A DNA stretch of 64,000 nucleotides from Felis catus (GCF_018350175.1 NC_058368.1:177508001-177572000); one strand, 5' to 3'; positions 48,350 to 59,987 are shown, counted from the first letter of the stretch. A program made the numbers and translations. The notes: generated by a model not told the origin, from the sequence alone.

Positions 48350-50640
48350 AGGCAGAGATTATTGATTAGATTTTAAAGTGATGTTGAAAATGTAAACCAT
48401 AATCAACAATTCCCTGTAAATATGAACACTCAGGACAAAAAAAAAAAAAAAAATCAGACACAAGAAATAGGAGGACTTACCATCAAGAGAGTTCCAAAGA
48501 ATGGTTTTCTGAGAAAATGATAATTATCTCAGAAGAAAATTTTGAAATGTGAGCAGGAATGTAAAATAAGGGAAAAGGTAAATGTGGGCTAAATCCACAC
48601 ATACATTTTTATGCAACAAACACAATATGTATCTAGTTTGGCGGAGAAACAAACTAGAACAACGATAATGATCAAAATAACATTTTAGGAGAACATAATT
48701 AGAATTACAGCATTTGAAGATTATTTTATTGTTTAGTAGGAAGGCAGAGATATTAATTAACTTTCTATCTTATTTAGTTCAATCTGCATGCTAAAATTTC
48801 TGGAGCAACCAACTGGACATTTAAAATAAATTTCTAAATAACTCATTGATCTAAGAAAGAGTGATATATTTAAATTTTTAAATGCTTAAACCTAAATCAT
48901 AATAAAATTTCTATAACATTAAAAAGCTAAACATTTAAGAGCACAGCCCTCCCCCATTAAAATAAAGGATATAATAATAATAAGAGAAATTAATGAAAAA
49001 TAAAGCATATAATAAAAAGGATCAGTAAGGCCAAAAGTTTTCTCTTTGAAAAGGCTAATTGACAAATCACTAGCTACACTAATCCAAAGAAAAAATGGGG
49101 CAATAAATAATATTAAGAATGAAAAAGATACATAAACACAAATACAGATGATATTAAATAGATAATCCAAAGATATTGTTAAAAAAAAACTTTGCCAATT
49201 GATTTGAAAACTTTAACAAAGGAACAAATTCCTCAGATAATATAACTATTAAAACTGACTCAAGGGTAAAATAGAAAATGAAGTAACCTAATGACCACCG
49301 AATAATCAAGTCAATAGTTTAAAATCTTCTTACCAAGAAAAGGCAGGGCTAAACATCTGTGACAAGTAAGAAAGTGTTATAGGTACAGGAATAGACCAAA
49401 AAAATAGACCAATATAAAAGAATAAAGAGCCCAGAATCAGACTTGTGCAAATAAGGGCACTGGGTTTATGCCAGAGTGACACTGAAGATAGGTGATAAAA
49501 GATGGACATTGGTACTGGGACTATTATCTATCCATATGGCAAAAGAATGAAATTGGATTCCTATTTCATAACATCGCAAAAATAAACTTCAGGTAGATTA
49601 AAGTCTTAACTGTAAAAACCAACGTAGGGGAATACTATTATGACTTTGGAGAACGGAAGGATTCCTCAAACAAGATGCAAAAAGTAAAAATCATTAAAGA
49701 TTAATAAAATCAAGTATGTTAAAATTAAGGACATCTGGGAGTAACGATGGCTCAGTCAGTTGAGGGTCTGACTCCTGATTTCGGCTCAGGTCATGATCTC
49801 ACAGTTCATGTGTTTGAGCCCCTTCATCAGGCTCCTTGCACTGAAAGTGCAAGTTTAAATAAACTTAAAAAAATTAAGAATATCTGTTTGTAAAATGATA
49901 CCGTAAGGAAGATGAAAAGGCAAATCACAAATTGAATGTATTTACAACACATCTAACTGACAAAAGAATATCCAGAATATATAAAGAACACCAATAAGTC
50001 AATAAGAAGACAAGTTGCACAATAGGAAATGGATAAAAATCATAACCTCTTCAGAGGAGAGGGAAAATCAATGGCCCATAGAATATGAAGATATGCTCAA
50101 CCTCAATAATCTTCGAAATGCCAACTACAATCCTAATGAAATACCATCCTACACCCATCGGAGCCTTACACTGACCAATGTTGGTGAGAACATAGTCATG
50201 GAAATTCTCATAAACTGCTGGTGGGTTTTACTTTTCACATATAGATCGTATAACCGTAAGGCACTCAAGAGCATTTGTAATTAATGACCCACAGTTTCTG
50301 TGCATGAACATGGATGCCTCTCAGAATCATAAAGAGAGTAAGAGAAGAAAGTCATGCAGTAGAATTCGATTTAGATGAAGTTTAAAATCAGGCAAAACTA
50401 AACGATGTATTTTTAAAGAATATATACATATGTGGTAAAATGGCAAAGAAGAGAAATAATAAATGATAGGCACAAAATTAAGGATAATAGTTTCTTGGAG
50501 TTTGGGGGTGAGGGTTGACGGGGATGCAGGAGGAATCACAGGGGAAATCTGTTTCTTAAGCTGAGTGGACAGTAGCTGGATATTGATCCTCTTTGTATCA
50601 GATATATGTTATCTGTAATCTTCTTTGTGCGTGATCCATT
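48350..50640 (+). mobile_element. Old L1ME fragments (ORF2 pieces and 3' UTR)
   Basis: aggtacaggaatagacc...aataaagagcccagaa, aaattggattcctatttcata, tatccagaatatataaagaac, catggatgcctctcagaatcat...aggcaaaactaa. Confidence 0.7.
49737..49870 (+). mobile_element. Short CAN-SINE lacking the CT tract
   Basis: atggctcagtcagttgag...ggctcaggtcatgatctcacagttc...aataaacttaaaa; imperfect TSD aaaattaag(g/a)a(c/t)atctg. Confidence 0.85.
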
Positions 50641-50651
50641 TGATAATGTAT

Positions 50652-50770
50652 TTTTATTTTTATTCTTTTTAAAGCTTATTATTTATTTGGAGAGAGAGAA
50701 AGAGCATGTGAGCAGGGGAGGGGCAGAGAGAGAAAGCGAGAATCTCAAGTAGGCTCCACACTCTGGGCAG
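50652..50770 (-). mobile_element. 5'-truncated CAN-SINE
   Basis: tttatttggagagagagaaagagcatgtgagcaggggagggcagagag...gaatctcaagtaggctcc. Confidence 0.85.
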
Positions 50771-50868
50771 ATAGTACATTTTTAAATAAAATAATTTAAA
50801 TATAATGATTTAAAAGAGCCTAGGTTAATATTAATATATAAAGAGTTCTTATAAAGTAGTATGGGTTT

Positions 50869-51083
50869 GAGATGCCTGGGTGGCTCAGTTGGTTAAGTGG
50901 CTGACTCTGGCTCAGGTCACGATCTTGTGGTTCATGAGTTCGAGCCCTGTATCGGGCTCTGTGCTGACAGTTCAGAGCCTGGAGCATGCTTTGGATTCTG
51001 GGTCTCCCTCTCTCTGCCCTTTCCCTGCTCTTGCTCTGTCTCTCTTTCTCTCTCAAAAAGAAATAAACATTTAAAAAATTTTT
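50869..51083 (+). mobile_element. Felid CAN-SINE
   Basis: gatgcctgggtggctcagttggttaag head, CT tract, tail; TSD aagtagta. Confidence 0.95.
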
Positions 51084-51419
51084 AAGTAGTAAAGGGAAGG
51101 TCAGCAATCTAACAGAAAAGATGAGCAAAGATGAGCCTTAAACACCGAATGACTGAACATACAAAAAGGTGCTCAACTTTACTTATAATAAAAGGAGTGC
51201 AAATTAAATCATAAGATACAAGTTGTCTCCTATCTGATTCTCTCTCTTTCTCTTACTTTCTGAAATATATGTAGGAAGGAGGCACTTTTATACAAGGTTG
51301 ATGAGAGTATAGACTGGTACATGCCTTACAAGGACAATTTGGTAAAACCTATCAAAATTTAAAACACATTTTAGGAATTTATTCTATAGATATAATTAAT
51401 CCTGTGTGCACAGGAGCAA

Positions 51420-51597
51420 GGTATGTAATCCCTCTGTGCCCTGGTTTCCTTATCCATAAAATGATAATAAAAGCACCTGCCATCTAGATTTACTTTTAAG
51501 ATTAAATAGGTTAATACAGAAAAGTGTATAAAATGGTGCCCAGTACTTGCTAAGAGCCCAACAGGTGTTAATCACTATCATTATTATTATCATTATA
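51420..51597 (+). mobile_element. MIR 3' half
   Basis: cctctgtgccctggtttccttatccataaaatgataataa...agattaaataggttaatac..aaagtg. Confidence 0.75.
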
Positions 51598-52504
51598 AGA
51601 GTCTTTTCTGCATTATTTGTAGACATCAGGAGTGGAAACACCATAAATGGTCATCAATTACAATCTGATTAAGTTATAGTGCATTCCTACAATGAACATT
51701 ATGTAGCCATCTGGTAAACTGAGGACCGGATGTCAGAGAGGATATACCCTTCTGTGCTGTTTGAACTTCTCCCCATGTATGCTGGATGTATGCATGAAGG
51801 AGAAGAGGAGGAGAGAAGGGGGAGATGCAGCGGGAGAAGAGGGGGAGGAGGAGTGGGGAGGGGAAGCCGTGAGCATCCAGCCTGAGCCCTCTGAGCGACA
51901 GTGTTGGTCTCACTGCACCTTCATGTTTGGTGTGTCAGACTCCGGGGCTCCATCGACCTAAGTCCATCCCGAGGCAGGGATCTGTCTGGTCTTATTGTGG
52001 AGGCAAACTCGGGATTCTGCAAAGGAGCACGACACATCCCAGACAGTGAGGTGGCCCTGGACGGTGGCAATGAGATGAGTGTTCCCTGGAGGGGCAAGAA
52101 GGGTGGTCACATGTGGGCCCTCCATTTCCACCCCCAGACCCCAGGACTCTCCTCCCAGGTGTCCTGCACCCATGGCTTTGCCAACCTCACCCTTGGGAGC
52201 TGTTTGGCACCAGGGCCCTGGAAGAGTGGCCCACCCCCTGCTTCCCCCTTCCTGGGCTTCACCACCTCACCCGACTCCCAGCCTCTCATCCTGTAGACTC
52301 ACAGACTCTCTTTCTAGAATGATCACAGAGACCAGTCTTCCAACTACTGTTGCCCGGGCCAGATGCTCACAGCAGCTGGACCAACACACCCAAGTAGGTG
52401 ATTCAGAGGACAGCATGGGCTCAGAAACACGGGTGAGAGAGAGGAACGCCTCCCTCGTCTCCCCCTCCCCTTCCTCCCTTGTCTAGACCAACCTCCCAGC
52501 AAAA

Positions 52505-52720
52505 CAATGGCACCCGCCATTTATGGAGTGCTTACTAAGTGTCAAACCTGCTCTAAGCCATTCCGTATCCTAACAGTGTTGGTCCTCACAACTTTGGGGG
52601 ACATCTGAGATGCAGAAGGGTCAAAGTCCTGCCTTGGATCATCACATAGCTAGAAAGCAGTGGATTCCAGATTTGAAGGCAGATCACGGATCTCTGTCTC
52701 TCCAGAGTTCATGCTCTTAA
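52505..52720 (-). mobile_element. MIR
   Basis: ccatttatggagtgcttactaagtgtca...tcacatagctagaaagcagtggattccagatttgaa. Confidence 0.65.
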
Positions 52721-53300
52721 ATCCTGGGATGAAGTGCTTCCCACGGACTCCTCCCGAGAGGCTGCTGGCGGGGAAACGTCCGTGGCTGTCACCGTCTGTG
52801 AGGAGTGAGGTTGGAAGATGATGGAATTTTAGTGCTGGCTTCGCTTGTCTGAAATATCTTTTCTGGGAGAAAAAACCTCACTCTGTCCTATGGTGTGCCT
52901 TTGGCTTCCTTCTCCCTCGCCAGTGCAAAAGTCCAGCATATTCTCCCCAGAGTGGCCTGGGATGGGTGGAACTCACATGGAAGCAACACCCTGCCATTGT
53001 AGAGCCAAGCTTTGTTGCCGATACCTCCCCACCCACTCCTGCAACATCTTTCAGAGCGGAGTTTGGGACCGGAATTCTCCATCTCTAATTGCGATTTCTC
53101 CTGGTTGAAGTATGAAGGGGACTTGGCCACATTAAAGTTATATATTTTCCTCAGTATAAAGAACTTGCCCGCCTCCTCCCCACAACTAACTTTCAATGAA
53201 GAAAACAGCCTTTGGTATTTGGACACAGCGTCACCCATTTCTCCCCAGTCTGATAAAGGGGCCCATTACTTGATGAAATGACAGAAAAAAGGAACCAAGA

Positions 53301-53529
53301 GGGGCGCCTGGGTGGCTCACTCGGTTAAGCGTCCGACTTTGGCTCAGGTCATGATCTCACGGTCTGTGAGTTCAAGCCCCGCGTCAGGCTTTGTGCTGAC
53401 AGCTCAGAGCCTGGAGCCTGCTTCAGATTCTGTGTCTCCCTCTCTCTCTGCTCCTCCCCCACTTGTGCTCTGTGTCTCTCTGTCTATCAAAAATAAATAA
53501 AATGTAAAAAAAAAATTTTTTAAAGAAAA
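53301..53529 (+). mobile_element. Felid CAN-SINE
   Basis: Perfect TSD agaaaaaaggaaccaaga at 53283-53300 and 53530-53547. Confidence 0.97.
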
Positions 53530-53821
53530 AGAAAAAAGGAACCAAGAAAGGGCTGTGTGGTCAAAGGCAGGTACGTCTGTATGCACGGACATCTCTGGAC
53601 GTCCTCTGTTGACTGCATCGCCTTCTCTGGTCTCTGGATGTGGAAAGTTCTCTTGGGGGTGACTGATTTGCTTCAAGACCTTGGGTGGGATCTCAGGAAG
53701 CTCTGGGGCCTCTTTTCCCACAGAGAGGGAAGGATTAGCAGGTGAGGAGATGGTAGACTTCAAATCTTATTATTTTTTTGAGCAAACATGATCAAGAAGT
53801 TAGTAAAAAAAAGACTCTTCT

Positions 53822-54053
53822 GGGGGCGCCTGGGTGGCGTAGTCGGTTAAGCGTCCGACTTCAGCCAGGTCACGATCTCAAGGTCCGTGAGTTCGAGCCC
53901 CGCGTCAGGCTCTGGGCTGACGGCTCGGAGCCTGGAGCCTGCTTCCGATTCTGTGTCTCCCTCTCGCTGCCCCTCCCCCGTTCATGCTCTGTCTCTCTCT
54001 GTCCCAAAAATAAATAAACGTTGAAAAAAAATTAAAAAAAAAAAAAAAAAAAA
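53822..54053 (+). mobile_element. Young felid CAN-SINE
   Basis: CpG-rich, long A tail; perfect TSD (a)n-aagactcttctg. Confidence 0.97.
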
Positions 54054-54869
54054 AAGACTCTTCTGAAAGCTGAGGTAGTCAGCAACTGCCTGGGTGAAGG
54101 TGACAAGGAGGGAGAAATAGGGGATTCGGCCCGAGACTGAGTGAAAAGTATGAGGAGGTAAAAGATGGTGAGGGGAGTCCAGCTCTGGCTCCACAGAAGC
54201 AGCCTTCAGGGCTTAGACGCCTTCCTTGTTGGAGTTGGTGGGAGCCCGAGGAATGACCTCAGGGCTATGTCGTGGCCTCACCCACCCTCCCCACGGCCAC
54301 ATCCACTTCTGGGCAGATGTCACAGCTCGTCTAATGCCTCCTCTGCACTGACACACACCCTCACTTGTCAGCCTGCAGAGAGGTAAGGAGCTCAGTGTTG
54401 GCGTCTAGAGCTGCGTGATTTAGGTCCTCGGTTTCTTCGTCTCTTAAACAGAAGCAACGATACTCCCTGAGACCCATGGTTTGGGGCTGAGCTGTGTTCC
54501 TGGCTGGAGTAAACACACAATAAACAGCATCTTCTGCTGTTGTTATTAGCATTCCTATTCCTTTCCCTCCCCTTTCAGCCCCACGCTGTCTGAAGCAATT
54601 CAGAAAGGAAAATTATCGAGTTTCTGCCCGCATGACGATGCCTTCACAAAGATCAGGAAAACATGGACAGGAAAGCAGCTTCTAGCTTCCATCCCCGAAG
54701 CAGCAACCCGCTGCAGACATAAGAGCTGGAGACACTTTGAATCTGGGAGATGCTCCTGTTTTCCTGTTCTTTCCATAATCTCCATCTAGCCATCATTTCC
54801 TTTCTCTTTGGTTCTTTACTTTTTTTTTTTTGTCAGCTCTATTCTGCACTCTGAAAAGTATATGAAGCA

Positions 54870-55277
54870 TGATGTACTCTGCTGAGGTAGGCAAACACCA
54901 GCATTTCCACGGTTTTACTCAAAAGGACTTACTTTCTTTGTAAAGTCAAAGCTGGTGTTCCTCAGCCGCAATGGGGTGCCCCAGAGGGAAGCCCCTGCTC
55001 CCGGGTGTGACTCAGGGATCCAGAATGATTGCAACTCTCCCGTCTTCATCACCAGGCTCCCTCACTCACCTTGGGAATCAACACACAGGCAGCAGATGAA
55101 AGGAGAGGGTGGTTGGAGAGGCCAGGACCGGAAGTGGCACAAAGTACTTCCACCCATGTTCCATCGGTCAGAGCTCAGTTTCACGGCCAAGTTCACTGCA
55201 AGGGAGGCCGGGAAATGTGGCATGCGTGTGGGTCCAGGACAAAGAGGAGACAGTGGCCAGCCTTGGCATCTGTGCAG
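54870..55277 (-). mobile_element. MaLR MLT1 (I/J-like) solo LTR
   Basis: gtgactcagggatccag...ggccaggaccggaagtggcacaaagtacttccacccatgttccatcggtcagagctcag...actgcaagggaggccgggaaatgtgg. Confidence 0.8.
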
Positions 55278-55480
55278 TTGAAAGCACACATCCACGGAGT
55301 CACCTGCCAGGCCAAAAAGTAAGAAACCTTAGTGTCCCTTTCATATCACATGCCCTCCCTTCCCTCTGCAGTGACCACTCTCCTGACTCTCCTGATAATC
55401 ACTTCTCTGTTTTTTCTTGTGGTTTTCCACATATGTACTAATTCCTGGGTCTTTCATTACAAAAAAAAAAAAATTAAGCT

Positions 55481-55699
55481 GGGGCGCCTCAGTGGCTCAG
55501 TTAAGCGTCTGACTTCGGTTCCGGTCATGATCCCATAGTTTGTGAGTTTGAGCCCCATGTCTGGCTCTGGGCTGACAGCTCAGAGCCTGGAGCCTGCTTC
55601 AGATTCTGTGTCTCCCTCTCTCTGTGGCCCCTCCCCTGCTCGTACTCTGTCTCCCTCCCCCCCCCCCTCAGAAATGAATGAACATTAAAAAAAAAAAAA
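55481..55699 (+). mobile_element. Felid CAN-SINE
   Basis: ggggcgcctcagtggctcagttaagcg head, A tail; short TSD aagct. Confidence 0.95.
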
Positions 55700-55789
55700 A
55701 GCTACTTTGTTTTTTGAAGTTTATCTTTGAAAAACACTTTCCGTGGTGACTTAAAAGTCTCTCTACCTGGATGCAAACTAATGCATAAT

Positions 55790-56015
55790 GGTAGTAGTCA
55801 GTATCATTTAAAGAGCACTGACTAGTTCAGGCACAGTGCTAACTGTTCTGCATGGAATTTCTCATTTAATCCTGGTTACTCTGGGAGGGAGGTACGGGTA
55901 TTATCCCTGGTCTTCAAATGAAAAACCTGAGCTTTGGAGGGTCACACGGCTAATAATGGCAGGGCTGGGATGTGATCCCGGAGAGCAGCCCAAGCTTTTA
56001 ATCTGCATAACATAC
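55790..56015 (-). mobile_element. MIR
   Basis: caggcacagtgctaa...tctcatttaatcct...ggtattatccc...gggtcacacggctaataatggcagggctgggat. Confidence 0.75.
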
Positions 56016-56027
56016 TGCCATGGATAT

Positions 56028-56467
56028 TGTGGGCATCTTGTTCTTACTACCCAATATCCATTCTCCCTTTCCTAACACATTTCTCTCAAAGAACTATCCT
56101 GTTGCCCACACTCGGTCTACAGGGTTAATGTGGGGTTCCATCTCCAGTCCCAAAATGGGCATGTGATATGCGCCTAGCCAATTCTAATATTGCATTTCCC
56201 TGGCCATGGTAATTTGTTCAGGGAAGAGTATGTGACCCAGCCAGAATCAATGGGTAACAACAAGACCGTTGCAACTAGATGTGGGGTATTTTGGCAGAGC
56301 CACGAAATGAAGAAAAAGAAACTGGGGCCTGATTACCTTTCTTGATGTCCTGGATCAAGCCATGCCTGAAGTCCTAACTGCTTTTGCATATATGAACTAA
56401 TAAATTCCTTTTTCCGTTAAGCCAATTTGAGTCAGGCTTCTGCCCTTTAAGTAAAAATATCCCCAAC
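56028..56467 (+). mobile_element. MaLR MLT1 (K-like) solo LTR
   Basis: ccctggccatggtaatttgttcaggga..atgtgaccca...cctggatcaagccatgcctgaagt...aataaattcc...ttaagccaatttgagt. Confidence 0.8.
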
Positions 56468-57949
56468 CTTTACACTGAGTAAATGATGTTCACAAATGCT
56501 GCAGGAAATGCATTGCTTTGAGGATAAAGCACTGTCGAAAAGCCTTCACAGTTAGTATTGATCATTTGAAGACTTAGATAGTTCCCCTGCCAGGGATTAG
56601 ACAATTCCTCTCCTCCCCTCTCCTAAGGAGAGAACAGAAAAAAAAGAATCCTTCTCAGCTGTAGGATAAGACCTCCCATTCTACTTCCACCTCCTGCAGA
56701 AGAGGTAAGGTAGAAAGGCTTCTCTCTGTGAATGGGGGCCAGTGAGCTATCTGATCCCAGAATGCTTGAGGATCTCAGTTTAAAGTCATGACAAAGCCAA
56801 AATTATTCTCCACGGAGATTTTTTAAAAATCAAATATAAATCTAGAAGAACTCCAATTATGAAAAGAGTAACTTTCATTCATCACTGAAAATTATGTTGA
56901 TGATCTTTATCAGCTACAATTCAGAAAGCAAGACTCTTTCCCTTCTTCCTTTGGGATTATCCCACTCCTTTTTTCTCCTGGAGCGAGGAAAGAAAACGTC
57001 CTCCTTGCCAGTTCCTGGTTACCCGTGTGGTAGCTTCTGCCTACTGGCTCCAGCCCACCCTCATGTTTTGAGTATAATATGAGGCAAGCAAGGTGGCCAG
57101 GGTGAAACTTTAAGGAGGCCCTTACTCTCAGAGTCCGACAAAGGCAGGACCATTCCAAGTTGGCTGACTTTTATTTGGGACTGATAAGTCCCTGGAGATC
57201 TTGGGCACTTCAAGGGGAGGGAGGTGCCCCAGAAGCAGATCGTGGGTTTCCTGCCCATTTATCATTTGAGGACTCCAGTTGCTTTTAATCCGAGTTGAAA
57301 AGTAAAGGACAAACCTCAAGTATGTGAACTCAATCATAATGACTACTCCAGGGACATTCGAATTGTGCCGTATGTTCCACGATACAAACTCTAGGTGTGT
57401 AGATGGGGTTGGGAAGAAGCCAGGAGAGAGGGCAGTGACTTAATGGTGTTGTATGACTTTTGCAAAGAAATGGTCTACATCTTCCCGATAAGGTGCGTTT
57501 TCCTGACAGCGACTAACTTGACGAGTTCACTTGAAATTTTCCTGTGATGGTTTTGTAAAGCTGATTTTTCTTCTTTTTTGACCCTGCTTCTTCATTCAAC
57601 AAACATTCACTGGATGCCTTCTATGATCCCAGCAGGCAATGAGCATACAGAGAAAAATAAGATGTTCTTTATTCTCAGAAAGGTCTTCAAAACAGATCTG
57701 TATGAGCCAGGTCTGTAACAGGTATATGTACAGGGATGGATGAAGGTAAAGAACTGATTTTAAGGAAGTTCATCATGGCGCTAATTTTGGTAATAAGACC
57801 CTTGAAATAATCTCAATGTCTAGCAGTCAGGACATGGTTGGGGATAACGTAAGTGTAAGGGGATAATATCAGTTAGTGTAATTGTATGGAAAACTATACA
57901 ATTACAAGTTCTGTTTGTAACTAAAGGAAAATCTCCACCATCCCCCCAA

Positions 57950-57951
<2 letters not shown>

Positions 57952-57991
<40 letters not shown>
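57952..57991 (+). repeat. (AC)20 microsatellite
   Basis: Perfect run. Confidence 0.95.
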
Positions 57992-57993
<2 letters not shown>

Positions 57994-58432
57994 CTTTTGT
58001 TTCTTACCGATCACATGCAGTAGTCTTAGATTGGCACCCCAGGGGTCGGTGCTGGCAGACATGTTACGTTATGCCTACATAGTGTTTAAATTTGGGTTTG
58101 TCTACATTTTTTAATGAAAGCATTCAAAATTTTCAGAAGATAAAATGGTTTTCTGGCTCCTTTTGAAGCATGAGAAGATGCGAGCCCCATTTCACACAGC
58201 AATGCTTGGCTGGAGCCGCGTGGTTGGCTCCCTCGGTAACCGGCTGACCAGCCTGCCATTGTCCCCACTCACTTGCGTCTCGCAGCACAGAGGCTGGGGG
58301 TTACCGCTTATCATCCAACAACTGGCCTACTGTATCAGTGATGTCGTCTTTCTGACCACTGCATGCACTTGAAATTTGACCTCTTTGGAAAAGACAGAAT
58401 TGTCTCTGAGGATGAATATCTGGTAGAGGCGT

Positions 58433-58434
<2 letters not shown>

Positions 58435-58474
<40 letters not shown>
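58435..58474 (+). repeat. (TG)20 microsatellite
   Basis: Perfect run. Confidence 0.95.
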
Positions 58475-58477
<3 letters not shown>

Positions 58478-58491
58478 AAGAGAGAGAGAGA

Positions 58492-58715
58492 GGGGCGCCT
58501 GGGTGGCGCAGTCGGTTAAGCGTCCGACTTCAGCCAGGTCACGATCTCGCGGTCCGTGAGTTCGAGCCCCGCGTCGGGCTCTGGGCTGATGGCTCGGAGC
58601 CTGGAGCCTGTTTCCGATTCTGTGTCTCCCTCTCTCTCTGCCCCTCCCCCGTTCATGCTCTGTCTCTCTCTGTCCCAAAAATAAATAAACGTTGAAAAAA
58701 AATTAAAAAAAAAAA
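58492..58715 (+). mobile_element. Young felid CAN-SINE
   Basis: Consensus-like and CpG-intact; TSD taaagagagagagaga at 58476-58491 and 58716-58731. Confidence 0.97.
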
Positions 58716-58733
58716 TAAAGAGAGAGAGAGACA

Positions 58734-58950
58734 GGGATGCCTGTGTGGCTCAGTCGGTTGAGCGTCCAACTTTGGCTCAGGCCATGATCTCACGGCTCGT
58801 GAGTTTGAGCCCCGCATTGGGCTCTGTGCTCACAGCTCGGAGCCTGGAGCCTGCTTCGAAATCTGTGTGTCTGTCTGTCTGTCTCTCTCTCTCTGCTCTC
58901 CCCCACTCACATTCTCTCTCTCAAAAATAAACATTAAAAAAATTTTTTTT
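58734..58950 (+). mobile_element. Older felid CAN-SINE
   Basis: gggatgcctgtgtggctcagtcggttgag head; followed by a third taaagagagagagaga at 58951-58966. Confidence 0.96.
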
Positions 58951-59011
58951 TAAAGAGAGAGAGAGATCCAGCAGCTGGCCTATGAATGAGCATTAGAAAA
59001 AGAATCATGTC

Positions 59012-59061
59012 GGGGGGCCCAAGTCCTTCTGGTCGAGGCCCCCCCCCAAAAAAAAGAAAAA
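59012..59061 (+). pseudogene. RNA28S: Retroposed 28S rRNA fragment (about 30 nt) with A-rich tail and 17-bp TSDs
   Basis: ggggggcccaagtccttctggtcgaggccc matches the mammalian 28S 5'-domain sequence GGGGGGCCCAAGTCCTTCTGATCGAGGCCC as I recall it (one mismatch); flanked by agaaaaagaatcatgtc at 58995-59011 and 59062-59078. Confidence 0.8.
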
Positions 59062-59121
59062 AGAAAAAGAATCATGTCTACAACTCATAGTGGTGAAAAA
59101 ATCTTAGAAGAGTAAGGTTTA

Positions 59122-59323
59122 GGGGTGCCTGGGTGGCTCAGTTGGTTGAGCGTTTGACTCTTGATTTTGGCTCAGGTCATGATCTCATGGTTCTTGAGAT
59201 CGAGCCCCACAGTGGGCTCTGTGCTGACAATGCAGAGCCTGCTGGGGATTCTCTCTTTCTCCCTCTCTCTGCCCCTCCCTGATTCATGCTCTATCTCTCT
59301 CAAAATAAATAAATAAAAACATT
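59122..59323 (+). mobile_element. Older CAN-SINE (gactcttgatt variant)
   Basis: ggggtgcctgggtggctcagttggttgagcg head, CT tract, aataaataaataaaaacatt tail. Confidence 0.95.
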
Positions 59324-59571
59324 AGAAGAAGGGGGAGGAGGAGGAAGAGTAGGAGAGGTAGGAGGAGGAGGGGGAGGGGGAGGGGGAGGGGGAGGGGGAG
59401 GGGGAGGAGGGGAGAAGGGGGAGGAGGAGGAGGGGGGAAGGGGAGGAGGAGAAGGGGGAAGGGGAGGGGGAGGAGGAGGAGGGGGAGGAGGAGAAGGGGG
59501 AAGGGGAGGGGGAGGGGGAGGAGGAGGGGGAGGAGGAGGAGGGGGAGGGGATTGGGAGGAGGGAGAGGAGA
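59324..59571 (+). repeat. G-rich polypurine tract (GGA/GGGGGA units)
   Basis: About 250 nt of almost pure purine; gives poly-Pro/Ser ORFs on the minus strand. Confidence 0.95.
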
Positions 59572-59856
59572 GTAAGGCATGGTGGACCAACGCCACCCCC
59601 TGGGTGGTTGTACAGAACACAGCATATCAAAGCCATACCCTCTCTTGTTCAGTGGGCCTTGGGGCCAGCCAGCATGGCACTACTTCATGCCTGGGCAGAT
59701 TAGACCTGCAGGAATGCCTCGCTGCCTAGAATAGGGATGGGCCCTGGCACAAGACCAACACCTATGGGTCAGGAAAGCAATTTTCCAAAATCCAGGTGAC
59801 ATTTTGAATGGACAGGAGCAAAGAAGGAAGCCCTTTTAGAAAGATCAGCACCCTCT

Positions 59857-59987
59857 GGGGTGCCTGGGTGGATCAGTCGGTGAAGCATCCGGCTCTCGAT
59901 TTTGGCTTAGGTCATGATCTCACGGTTCGTGAGTTCGAGCCCTGCAGCGGGCTCTGTGCCGACAGCTCAGAGCCTGGAGCCTGCTTC
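59857..59987 (+). mobile_element. 3'-truncated CAN-SINE
   Basis: Intact head through gagcctggagcctgcttc, then unrelated sequence; no CT tract or tail. Confidence 0.92.

Noticed and set aside
59284..59636. Poly-Pro/Leu/Ser ORFs resembling formin or extensin
   Set aside because: Translations of the polypurine tract in three frames, continuing into a SINE.
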